64,000 bases of DNA from a virus (lineage: Duplodnaviria > Heunggongvirae > Uroviricota > Caudoviricetes). Made by a program: the position numbers and the translations under genes. This document shows, piece after piece, positions 39,043 through 47,483 of the stretch. The notes below the pieces were generated by a model that worked only from the letters and a program-made list of their open reading frames with translations, did no database searches and had not been told where the DNA came from. The stretch is from IMG/VR virus record IMGVR_UViG_3300028666_000024, positions 64,001-128,000 of that record; one strand, written 5' to 3'. Numbering within the stretch: position 1 is the stretch's first letter; the number at the start of each line of letters is the position of its first letter.

Positions 39043-39639
39043 TTAAAAAGTCAATCCAAAATCAGTATCACTACCAGATATATTTGGAACATCACTTCCG
39101 CTTGTTGTAAATTTTCCAAGTCTTAGAGGTTTAACCATAAGTTCCCAAACATGTTGCTTACTCATTAAATACATTCCTGCTTCTTCTTTTATATCAACTA
39201 TTTCATAAAAGTAATTATTATAATTTGCATTAATAACATCACCGACACATGGAATATATGCTGAAAACGATTGTGTTGTTTGTGTATCATCATATTGTGA
39301 AGCAGTGTCAAAATGTCGCTTGGAAATAAATATTGAAAATTGATCCATACCCTCAATTCCAAATTTAGTCCATAATTTTTCCTCTTTTGGTAACTGATAA
39401 AATCCCATACATTGAAAACTTCTAACAAGTCTTCTGTTATTATCTTCTCCGAACAAAGGCATGTAACTTGTATCAAAGGATATGACATTATATGTGAGTG
39501 AAACTCCGTGTTTGTTATATGCTTCAGTTATAAACAAATCAAAAAGTTGTCTCTCAGAATCATACTTTCCATCATTCCTTTTTGTAAGAACACCATTTGG
39601 AAGATCTGAGTAGTTTAGATATGTTGCCGATAGTGTCAT
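39043..39639 (-). CDS. gp14: Neck/head-closure protein
   Basis: FDLFITEAYNKHG, PLFGED, KFGIEGMD, ISKRHF, PCVGDVI, YEIVDI. Confidence 0.7.
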   Translation of the reverse strand: MTLSATYLNYSDLPNGVLTKRNDGKYDSERQLFDLFITEAYNKHGVSLTYNVISFDTSYMPLFGEDNNRRLVRSFQCMGFYQLPKEEKLWTKFGIEGMDQFSIFISKRHFDTASQYDDTQTTQSFSAYIPCVGDVINANYNNYFYEIVDIKEEAGMYLMSKQHVWELMVKPLRLGKFTTSGSDVPNISGSDTDFGLTF

Positions 39640-39642
39640 TTA

Positions 39643-40074
39643 TTATCTTCCACCTGCCAACCACATAGCATTAGCAGAGTCTTGTTTTGTTTTTTCTTGT
39701 GCTGTTTTCCATTGTTTATCGGACGCTACCTGTTTCAAAACATTATATGTCATATCTGTTTTGAGTTTTAAATCATTTACATTTGTGTTCATGTGTTCTA
39801 TTTTATCTGCAATCTTATCAACCTTTTCATCATTTACAATATTATTAACAGAATCTAAAGTTTTTGCAACCATTTCAATCTTGGGTTTTTCAAAATTTTG
39901 AAATCCATAATTTGTGCAAGAACGTAATGTTCCTATGGCAGCACCCAAAGTTATTACTACTCCTGCAATATATAAAATAGTATTTAAAGAAATTTTAAAA
40001 TCTTTTTTTATTTCCATACCAACCTCGGCTGCTTTACATTCACAACCGGATTCATTTTTTATTTCCTCACTCAT
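39643..40074 (-). CDS. Single-TM membrane protein with coiled coil
   Basis: ILYIAGVVITLGAAIG segment. Confidence 0.55.
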   Translation of the reverse strand: MSEEIKNESGCECKAAEVGMEIKKDFKISLNTILYIAGVVITLGAAIGTLRSCTNYGFQNFEKPKIEMVAKTLDSVNNIVNDEKVDKIADKIEHMNTNVNDLKLKTDMTYNVLKQVASDKQWKTAQEKTKQDSANAMWLAGGR

Positions 40075-40075
40075 T

Positions 40076-40669
40076 TTAAACTCCCTTTCCTAAATTCTGT
40101 TGAACAATCATATCCAATTCAATGTCATTAATATTTATTGGTTGTATAATCTGAAACTCCGGAGGAATTGTCACCTGAGTTTCTTGTGTTTTATCTTGAA
40201 TTGGTTTTTTAATATATTGAGAAAAATCTGGCATAGGAAGTTCCATAATAGGAGAATCATCATCCAAAAGAGCAGATGCTTCACTTATAGCTGATTTTTT
40301 ATTTTTAATATCTTCTTTAATAATTTTTTGTAATGGACTATTAATATATCCATCACCTTCATCTAATAAAGCACTTGCATGACTGATACATGTTTCTTTC
40401 TTAGGAGCATTTGTTTTGGTAAACTTATCACTTGTAATTAATGTTCCTCTTCCACATTTTGGACAGAACTCCCCCTCTACAATTATATTCTGTTTTGTAC
40501 CACATGACGTACAGACAGAATAAACTTTAGAAGATTTTAAAGTTTCCTTCAAAACCTTCCTCGGTGGTTCTTTATGTGTAGTTTCTGTTCTGGTTGAAGA
40601 TATAGGTCTGACTTTTAAATGTCTTTCCTCAAATTCTCTCAGATAGGAATCAATGAAATCGTTTGCCAT
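40076..40669 (-). CDS. Hypothetical protein with Zn ribbon
   Basis: CTSCG..CPKCG; internal ASALLD repeat. Confidence 0.55.
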   Translation of the reverse strand: MANDFIDSYLREFEERHLKVRPISSTRTETTHKEPPRKVLKETLKSSKVYSVCTSCGTKQNIIVEGEFCPKCGRGTLITSDKFTKTNAPKKETCISHASALLDEGDGYINSPLQKIIKEDIKNKKSAISEASALLDDDSPIMELPMPDFSQYIKKPIQDKTQETQVTIPPEFQIIQPININDIELDMIVQQNLGKGV

Positions 40670-40689
40670 AATAACTTTTCATTTCGAAA

Positions 40690-41148
40690 TTATTCTGTCA
40701 AAAACCTGCTAGCGATTTGAACTGTCCTTGATATAGATTCATTCTTCATTTCATCTTCTCTCGGGGGTTGCTCTTCTGATTCTTCAGTGGGATGCTCATT
40801 ACCTTCTTCACCACCCTCTTGACCTTCAGATTTTTCATCTACTGGATTTTCATCCTCAAGACCCTCTTTACGTTCCTTCTCTTCGTCAGTCTCATACTCT
40901 TCTCTCTCTGAAGGAAGAAGATCCTTTTCTGTAGCCAATTCTTTCATTCTTTGAAAAAGTTCCTTCAAAAATGCCTTTACAGCAATGTCATCATGAAACA
41001 ATACCTTACGAAAACACTTAACAACTTCTGTCTTTGCTTCTGCTCTGTAATATGATCCTTCGATATCAAATTCAACCAACTGTTTGATTGCTTTCTTTAT
41101 TTCTAAGGCCTTCTTTTCTTGATTTACACCTTCATTTAATATTCCCAT
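40690..41148 (-). CDS. Acidic hypothetical protein ending IASRFLTE
   Basis: 152-aa ORF with RBS. Confidence 0.6.
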   Translation of the reverse strand: MGILNEGVNQEKKALEIKKAIKQLVEFDIEGSYYRAEAKTEVVKCFRKVLFHDDIAVKAFLKELFQRMKELATEKDLLPSEREEYETDEEKERKEGLEDENPVDEKSEGQEGGEEGNEHPTEESEEQPPREDEMKNESISRTVQIASRFLTE

Positions 41149-41172
41149 TTTAATCTCCTTTAAAGTTTTCTA

Positions 41173-41766
41173 TTATTCTTCACTACCAGTAACTGTTTTT
41201 TCTCTTGCTATTAAAACCAACTCTGTTTTACTATCACCACCATTAAAACCATCACCAGCAGTAACAAGTGGATTAATATTTCTCTCAACATCAACAGTAT
41301 TAAAAAATTTCTTCTGAATTTCAAATGTAATTTTATCTGCAAGAGATTCAGCAAAATCAAGAGGTTCAACACTATCTGGAGTTTGTGCTTGATTGTCGTT
41401 GAATGTAATAGTAAAGACCGCGCTATTAGTATTCACGTTGATACCAAACTGAAATGAAATAGTAGACATTCCTTTAACATAAAAATTAAAATCAATAATA
41501 TCCTTCACAACCTTTACAACTTCATATAGTTTTGAATTATCATTAATTTTAAAACCTTTTTCATCTGCATAAAGATCTACAAGTCCAGCGTTCGGATACA
41601 TTATTTCTGAAGTATCTTTAGGTTCAACTCCACCTACAGCTTGAGTAGTTGCACCAAACCCTGACTGAACTCTCTGCGTGAATCCACTTTCTTTTGGGAG
41701 TGTTCCTGTACCAATCTTGCCGTTAAGTCCCAACATCTTAGATATTTTTTTATCAATTTTTGGCAT
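41173..41766 (-). CDS. Hypothetical late protein
   Basis: 197-aa ORF downstream of the late promoter at 41834. Confidence 0.6.
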   Translation of the reverse strand: MPKIDKKISKMLGLNGKIGTGTLPKESGFTQRVQSGFGATTQAVGGVEPKDTSEIMYPNAGLVDLYADEKGFKINDNSKLYEVVKVVKDIIDFNFYVKGMSTISFQFGINVNTNSAVFTITFNDNQAQTPDSVEPLDFAESLADKITFEIQKKFFNTVDVERNINPLVTAGDGFNGGDSKTELVLIAREKTVTGSEE

Positions 41767-41833
41767 AATTTCTTAATTCCTTCCAAATTTTGTTGCCGCT
41801 CAATAGGGCTTTGTTATATATTTCATCACAAAG

Positions 41834-41841
41834 TATTTATA
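41834..41841 (-). promoter_or_regulatory. T4-type late promoter
   Basis: Exact TATAAATA at the strand switch. Confidence 0.8.
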
Positions 41842-41874
41842 ATTTTATGAATCTGAAGATAAAGAACAAAACTA

Positions 41875-41903
41875 TTGACTTTGATTCTGCCATGATATAT
41901 TTT
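41875..41903 (+). promoter_or_regulatory. Sigma70-type early promoter (class A-like)
   Basis: TTGACT...CTGCCATGATATATT with extended -10 (TGnTATATT). Confidence 0.6.
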
Positions 41904-41911
41904 GAATCATT

Positions 41912-42034
41912 ATGAAAATTAAACCATTAAGAATACCTCTTCCAAAACAAATTGAAAAACCTTTTAAAGATAAGAATAAATATTCAAGGAACCCGAAGCA
42001 TAAGAAAGACTTTGTAAAATATGCAAAAGACTGA
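41912..42034 (+). CDS. 40-aa highly basic peptide (not in ORF track)
   Basis: MKIKPLRIPLPKQIEKPFKDKNKYSRNPKHKKDFVKYAKD; first ORF after the promoter. Confidence 0.55.
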   Translation: MKIKPLRIPLPKQIEKPFKDKNKYSRNPKHKKDFVKYAKD

Positions 42035-42650
42035 TTTTAAACCATTTCAAAGAATTAAATTTCTTGAAGAAATAGAATATAAATATTCTAACCCTACAGG
42101 AACTATTACTGGTAAATATATTCCTATAAACTCTACAGGAACTATTATTGGTATAGATAATTCTTATGGTGTTGATTTACTGGTTGAAATGGATGAACCT
42201 ATCGTCTGCGGCCATGATTTTACAGCAATTAAAAATTGGAAATCCTTTTTAAAACGACCCTGTAAACCTAATTGTGGAATTTGGATATTAGATAAAGAAT
42301 TAGATATATTTAATATTCAAATAATTGATGAAAATTATTCTAAATATAGATTTAAAACTCTTGATAAAATAAGAATTGAAAAGGATCATGAACTTATTCC
42401 AAAGGGTTCTGTCGGAGTTATTCTCTATATTGATCCAGATGGAAGTATGGCCGTTGAATGGGAAAATATATCGGACGGTCATGAATTTTTAAAAAACAAA
42501 GATCTTATTCGTCGTTGTAAGAAAAATCACGGCAGATGGATAAATACCGAAAGTGATCCTAAAATTTTAAAATTTGTAAAGATTTTTTCAAAGGCGGAAG
42601 TTCCACTTATACTATCAAAAAGAAGAAGATTCTTTTTTGATGAGGAATAA
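42021..42650 (+). CDS. Protein with two KOW/SH3-like repeats
   Basis: FK...RI.F...GTIIGID..LLVEMDE and FK..DKI.I...PKGSVGVI..AVEWE. Confidence 0.6.
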   Translation: MQKTDFKPFQRIKFLEEIEYKYSNPTGTITGKYIPINSTGTIIGIDNSYGVDLLVEMDEPIVCGHDFTAIKNWKSFLKRPCKPNCGIWILDKELDIFNIQIIDENYSKYRFKTLDKIRIEKDHELIPKGSVGVILYIDPDGSMAVEWENISDGHEFLKNKDLIRRCKKNHGRWINTESDPKILKFVKIFSKAEVPLILSKRRRFFFDEE

Positions 42651-42660
42651 AGGGGGAGTT

Positions 42661-42825
42661 ATGATCAGATATAGTCCGGTAGTAGACAGCAGTGGTAACT
42701 TTTGTAAATGTATTCCAAGTGTGAGTGGTAAATATTACCTTGCTTCAGAAGTCGATGTCGAAATAGCAAGGTTGAGGGAGAAATGTAATTTATTAAAAAC
42801 AAGACTGGAATCATTTTATGACTGA
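42661..42825 (+). CDS. Small hypothetical protein
   Basis: GGGGAG RBS before ATG 42661. Confidence 0.5.
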   Translation: MIRYSPVVDSSGNFCKCIPSVSGKYYLASEVDVEIARLREKCNLLKTRLESFYD

Positions 42826-43069
42826 TATAAAAATAATAAACGATACAAAAAGTTTAGTTGGTATTCGAATAGAAATGGTAACAATTTTTGTTTCAAGAAG
42901 AAAAGTTGGTCGTGTTTTAAAATACATAACCAATGCTGGTATAGAATGGAAGCGTCAAGGTATAACACAGTTTCCTGATGATTATAAGATTTTTCACTTC
43001 TCTGTACCAACAAATTATGTGGATGAAACACATTCTATCTTAATTACAGTGTGGGAAAACCAAAAATGA
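42818..43069 (+). CDS. Hypothetical protein
   Basis: 83-aa ORF coupled to its neighbours. Confidence 0.5.
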   Translation: MTDIKIINDTKSLVGIRIEMVTIFVSRRKVGRVLKYITNAGIEWKRQGITQFPDDYKIFHFSVPTNYVDETHSILITVWENQK

Positions 43070-43569
43070 TAACATCCAGAGATTTTGCAATTCAAGCACA
43101 TAGCAATCAGATGTATGGAGATAAACCATATTCTGTTCATCTTGAAAATGTTGTCGAAGTTTTACAAAGATTTAAAATGCTTGATGAATATCCAGAACTT
43201 GAGGCTGCTGGTTGGTTACATGACACGATTGAGGATTGTCATATCAATTTTACAGATATTCGAAAAGAATTTGGAACTGATATTGCCGAGATAGTATATT
43301 GTGTTACAGATGAACTCGGTAGAAGTCGAAGGGAACGACATATGAAAACTTATCCCAAAACAGCGGGAAATAAAAGAGCAGTAATTTTAAAATTTGCTGA
43401 TAGAATTGCAAACGTTGAATATTCTATTACAACAAAGAATTTTAAAAAATTTCAAATGTATTATAAAGAATTTCCAATTTTCTCAGGATTTTTCAAAGAC
43501 TTCGAAATAATTTATACAATGCATCAACATTTAAAAGAACTCTTAGAAACTCAGATGAAGGAGATATAA
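43066..43569 (+). CDS. Small alarmone hydrolase-like HD protein (RelA/SpoT hydrolase, Mesh1 type)
   Basis: FA..AH.NQ..GDKPY..H, AAGWLHDTIED, VTDE, KFADRIAN. Confidence 0.85.
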   Translation: MITSRDFAIQAHSNQMYGDKPYSVHLENVVEVLQRFKMLDEYPELEAAGWLHDTIEDCHINFTDIRKEFGTDIAEIVYCVTDELGRSRRERHMKTYPKTAGNKRAVILKFADRIANVEYSITTKNFKKFQMYYKEFPIFSGFFKDFEIIYTMHQHLKELLETQMKEI

Positions 43570-43572
43570 AAG

Positions 43573-44700
43573 ATGGCAACAGGTTTTTATCCCGGTTCTT
43601 TTGATCCAATTACAAACGGACATTTGGATATTATTGAGAGGGCAATTCCTTTCTTTGATAAGGTTATTATTGGGATTGGTTCAAATTCAGGTAAGGCCGG
43701 GACATTCTCTATTAATCATCGTATACAACTTGCTGAAGAGGCATTACGAAAGTTTGGAGATAAAATTAAGGTTATATCTTTCTCAGGACTCTCTGTTGAT
43801 TATGTTTACATTAATAATCTTGTAATGATTCGTGGATTACGGGATGGAATGGATTTTGAATATGAGAAGGCTGTTCATGATGCAAATTATTCTCAGCGGA
43901 AATTTGAATGTATTAATTTCTTTACCAATCCTGAAGTTGCTGGTGTTTCAAGTTCTATCGTAAAAGAAATGCAGAAACATCAAGGTAATATCCTGAAGTA
44001 TGTTCCTATGAATGTCAAGGTTGCATTGGAATGTGTTGTCTCTAAACGACTTATTGTCGGCCTGACTGGTTATATCGGAGCAGGAAAAACATATGTTGGT
44101 AAACTCCTCGGAAACCAGATTGAATTAGATCAGATAGGTAGAGATCTTCTTTGCACCGATACAAGACCTTTTGCTGTTAATATGAGAAACCAACTTTGGA
44201 ATGAATTAAATTTAAAATCTATTATTGGAATGAAGAGACCTGATAATTATAATTTCATCGACCCAAAAGTTATCTCTGGTGTTATCTTTAAAAACAAAGA
44301 ATTTATGAATATTTACAATGAAATTACAAAGGAACCAATTCTTTGTGAAATGTATCAACAATTACGAAAGATGAATGGAATTGTTTATATCAACAGCGCA
44401 ATCTTGGTTGAAGGAGGACTCTTACCGATATGTAACAATACATTTGTCTTTGTCACTGCACCGGTAGAATTAAATATTAAGAGATTGGTTGAGAGAGGTT
44501 ACAGTGAAGAAGATATTATAAACAGGGCAGAGACACAGATGAGTGGAGTAGATAAGGTCGATGCTATCACGAAGGCTGTTGAAAGAGATAATTTCGGAGA
44601 GATTTTTTATATAAATAATAATGAAGATGGAACACTCAACATCCAAATAACAGAACTTAAAGTTAAACTTAATAAAAGGTATAACCAATATGAGTTATAA
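43573..44700 (+). CDS. coaD: Fused phosphopantetheine adenylyltransferase (CoaD) and dephospho-CoA kinase (CoaE)
   Basis: N-half FYPGSFDPITNGHLDIIERA, IRGLRDGMDFEYE, VSSSIVKE; C-half IVGLTGYIGAGKTYV, VIFKN, FVTAPVE..IKRLVER..SEE.I..R..TQM. Confidence 0.9.
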   Translation: MATGFYPGSFDPITNGHLDIIERAIPFFDKVIIGIGSNSGKAGTFSINHRIQLAEEALRKFGDKIKVISFSGLSVDYVYINNLVMIRGLRDGMDFEYEKAVHDANYSQRKFECINFFTNPEVAGVSSSIVKEMQKHQGNILKYVPMNVKVALECVVSKRLIVGLTGYIGAGKTYVGKLLGNQIELDQIGRDLLCTDTRPFAVNMRNQLWNELNLKSIIGMKRPDNYNFIDPKVISGVIFKNKEFMNIYNEITKEPILCEMYQQLRKMNGIVYINSAILVEGGLLPICNNTFVFVTAPVELNIKRLVERGYSEEDIINRAETQMSGVDKVDAITKAVERDNFGEIFYINNNEDGTLNIQITELKVKLNKRYNQYEL

Positions 44701-45313
44701 TTTTCTTCAAAACCCTGATAATTTTTTGAATGCTGTTAGTTTAATGATAGATGCTTATATGCAACCTCAATCTGTTATGATTTATAACCAGATTGAAGAT
44801 GCTTATATGCAACCTCATAGAAAATATCATGATTCTGAACATATTCAAGAAGGTTTAGACCTGATTAATAAATATTCAAAACTTTTTACAAATCTTCCTG
44901 AAGTCTATTATGCTTGGTATTTTCATGACTTTGTTTATATGCCGGGAAGTAAGGTAAATGAAATTGCAAGTGCTGATGCTGCTGAAGTCTATGCTCATTA
45001 TCTAAATCTGTCTGAAGAACAAATTAAAATCATTAAAGGTCTTATTCTCAACACAAACACAGAGGATGAAAAACTCCTGCATGATATTGATTTTAGTATT
45101 TTGGCAAAAGAAGAGACACGATATAATAGATATGTTGAAGATGTTTCAAAAGAATATTTCTTCAAGGATAAATCACTCAGAGCAAATTTTTTAATTTTTA
45201 CGCTTGCAGACGATAAGATTTTTCTTTCAAAACATTTTCATAAATTATTTGAAAAGAAGGCTCGAAAGAATCTTGAAAAAGAATTAGAAAAGTATCAAAC
45301 GACAGTAAAGTAA
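44690..45313 (+). CDS. Predicted metal-dependent HD-superfamily hydrolase (COG4339-like)
   Basis: Y.QPHRKYHD.EHI, AWYFHDFVY....VNE..SA, LLHDIDFSILA, Y..YV..V.KEY. Confidence 0.75.
   Translation: MSYNFLQNPDNFLNAVSLMIDAYMQPQSVMIYNQIEDAYMQPHRKYHDSEHIQEGLDLINKYSKLFTNLPEVYYAWYFHDFVYMPGSKVNEIASADAAEVYAHYLNLSEEQIKIIKGLILNTNTEDEKLLHDIDFSILAKEETRYNRYVEDVSKEYFFKDKSLRANFLIFTLADDKIFLSKHFHKLFEKKARKNLEKELEKYQTTVK
44750..44817. repeat. 20-bp direct repeat (44750-44769 and 44798-44817), in frame
   Basis: GATGCTTATATGCAACCTCA twice, DAYMQP duplicated. Confidence 0.85.
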
Positions 45314-45326
45314 TATTGACGATAAC

Positions 45327-45403
45327 GCTCCCGTAGCTCAGTTGAATAGAGCAAGAAACTTCTAATTTCTAGGTCACAGGTTTAAATCCTGTCGGGAGTA
45401 CCA
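45327..45403 (+). tRNA. tRNA-Arg (UCU)
   Basis: Full cloverleaf, anticodon TCT at 45361-45363, encoded CCA; T-loop TTTAAAT. Confidence 0.9.
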
Positions 45404-45409
45404 ATTTAC

Positions 45410-45487
45410 AGAGGTATAGTTCAATTGGTTAGAACGCTTGGTTTTGAGCCAAGATGTTTGAGGGTTCGAATCCTTCTACCTCTGCCA
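45410..45487 (+). tRNA. tRNA-Gln (UUG)
   Basis: AGAGGTA/TACCTCT acceptor stem, CTTGG/CCAAG anticodon stem, anticodon TTG at 45444-45446, TTCGAAT, G73, CCA. Confidence 0.85.
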
Positions 45488-45527
45488 CTATTACAGGCTC
45501 GTAACTCTGACCTTATCTCATTAATTA

Positions 45528-47144
45528 TCATTTTAAATCATTTATATTTAATTTAATTGATTTATATGGAAATTTTTCTTTATTATAAATTGCTAATCTT
45601 CCCAACCAGTGATCATATGAGTAATTTGTTCCGATAGTTCCTGTTCTCTTTGTATATGTTAGATCATCAACAACATCCCAACAGAATATAGTTTCTTTAG
45701 AAGAATGCTTTCTAAGACCTCTTCCAAAAGTTTGAATAGTTTGAATCCTGCTTTTAGAACCACTTGCAAAGATTAAATGATGCAACTTCTTGATATTCAA
45801 TCCAACCTGTATAGTTTTATAAGTTCCAAGAAGAACAACCCCATTATATCCTTCGATACTTGTTCTGATTTCTTCCCGGACAGAAGCCTTTGTTGCACCG
45901 TAAATTACAAAAACTTTTCTTTTCAAAGTATTTTCAAGATATTCCTGAATACTTTTCAAATGTTCAATACGTTTACAAATAATCATAATGTTGTGATCTG
46001 GATTTAATTTATTTAAAATATAACCAAAAATCTTATTCCTGTCTGGTTGTCTTATTATCTCCTCAACTTCAAGATCATAAATCCTTACCTTCGGGTTTTC
46101 TTTTTTCCATTCAGGATCATGAGCAAGACTTCGTAACTTTTTGAACTTTTGAATAGTCTCTTCAGAATATTTTACAAGAACATTTACAATCTCAACTTTA
46201 GAACTTATTCCTCTTGCAATCAATTCATCTGTAGTTACCTGTAAAAGTCTTGGTCCTAAAAATCCAAAAATTGTTAATAAATCAAGTTTTTCTTCCGGGA
46301 GAGTTCCAGTGCATCCAAACCTATATTCTGCATTATCAAGATTTGTAAGAATATCTGCAACAAGTTTTGACTTAAAATTTGAACCATGAACCTCATCTAC
46401 AAGAACACTTCCAAATTCTTTCAAAAATTCCTTTCTAATATTATTAATCTTTATAAGTTCTTGTTTTTTATCATAATCTTTTTCTTTATCAACATCTTTT
46501 AACATTAATGACTGCCATGTTGAAATTTGTACTCTCTTTGATAAATCTTTTGTTTCACTCTGAGAACTTATAATCGATATAATTTCTTCTGCATTTTTCC
46601 AACCATATTCCTTAAAATCAGAGAACATCTGGTTTGTGAGGGTAATATTTGGCACTATCAGAAGTATCTTTTTGTCTGTGTTTTCTAGAAGGTATCGAAT
46701 GAGCAAATATATCACAAAACTTTTTCCGGAATTAACTGCCAGCTCAATTACCCCTCTTTTGGCACTCAGGAGGCGTTTAAAGGCATCTTCTTGGTAATCC
46801 CGTAGTTTGATACCCTTAGAAATTAAAGTGTCTAAAAAGGGCCTTAGAAACGTTTTAAACGAATATTCAGAAATTTCATTCGTTAGAGTCTTTTTATCGA
46901 AGTCAAATCCATACTCGTAACCGTTGTTGATACAGAACTTTTCAAACATCTTTAAAAGTCCTATTGGAAACTTTCCTGCTTTGTAAAATGAAATCTTTCC
47001 ATCCCATTGCTTTGCACGAAACTTAGGATTAAATTTATAATCTTTTACAAAGAAAGACATAAATTCTCTAAATTCAATTGCTTGCGAAGTTGTTTCGAAA
47101 GTAACATTAAAAAATACTTCTGAAGGTTTGGAAAGGGTTATCAT
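45528..47144 (-). CDS. uvsW: UvsW SF2 helicase
   Basis: LRDYQ, AVNSGKS, IVPNITLTNQM, STWQS, VDEVH, GCTGT, IQTFGRGLR. Confidence 0.92.
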   Translation of the reverse strand: MITLSKPSEVFFNVTFETTSQAIEFREFMSFFVKDYKFNPKFRAKQWDGKISFYKAGKFPIGLLKMFEKFCINNGYEYGFDFDKKTLTNEISEYSFKTFLRPFLDTLISKGIKLRDYQEDAFKRLLSAKRGVIELAVNSGKSFVIYLLIRYLLENTDKKILLIVPNITLTNQMFSDFKEYGWKNAEEIISIISSQSETKDLSKRVQISTWQSLMLKDVDKEKDYDKKQELIKINNIRKEFLKEFGSVLVDEVHGSNFKSKLVADILTNLDNAEYRFGCTGTLPEEKLDLLTIFGFLGPRLLQVTTDELIARGISSKVEIVNVLVKYSEETIQKFKKLRSLAHDPEWKKENPKVRIYDLEVEEIIRQPDRNKIFGYILNKLNPDHNIMIICKRIEHLKSIQEYLENTLKRKVFVIYGATKASVREEIRTSIEGYNGVVLLGTYKTIQVGLNIKKLHHLIFASGSKSRIQTIQTFGRGLRKHSSKETIFCWDVVDDLTYTKRTGTIGTNYSYDHWLGRLAIYNKEKFPYKSIKLNINDLK

Positions 47145-47443
47145 TATTCTTTTTCTAAAATTTCACCTGTTTGTGGATTAATTGCAACAAATTGATCACA
47201 TTGACCATATTCAATATCTGCAATCATCTGTTCAGTTAGGGTTGGATAATGAATCACACCATCTTTAAACCACCCTTGTTGAACAGGATGTGAATTATGG
47301 GAGATTGTTGAAACCTTACAATTACAAACATCTGATTGAGGATTGATATGAAGCATAACTCCTGTAAATTCATACTTCAGATTATATCCTTTACCTCTTA
47401 CCAAGTCACCAATTTTTGCTTCTCTACCGTTTGAATAGTGCAT
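47144..47443 (-). CDS. Hypothetical protein
   Basis: 99 aa, MHYSNGREAKIGDLV start; RBS. Confidence 0.6.
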   Translation of the reverse strand: MHYSNGREAKIGDLVRGKGYNLKYEFTGVMLHINPQSDVCNCKVSTISHNSHPVQQGWFKDGVIHYPTLTEQMIADIEYGQCDQFVAINPQTGEILEKE

Positions 47444-47483
47444 AGTTATCTATCTCCTTTTAAAATTGTTTCATGTGGAACAT

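Noticed and set aside
43573-44040. NadD/NMN adenylyltransferase assignment
   Set aside because: YPGSFDPITNGH, RGLR..DFEYE and fusion to a CoaE-like kinase fit CoaD better
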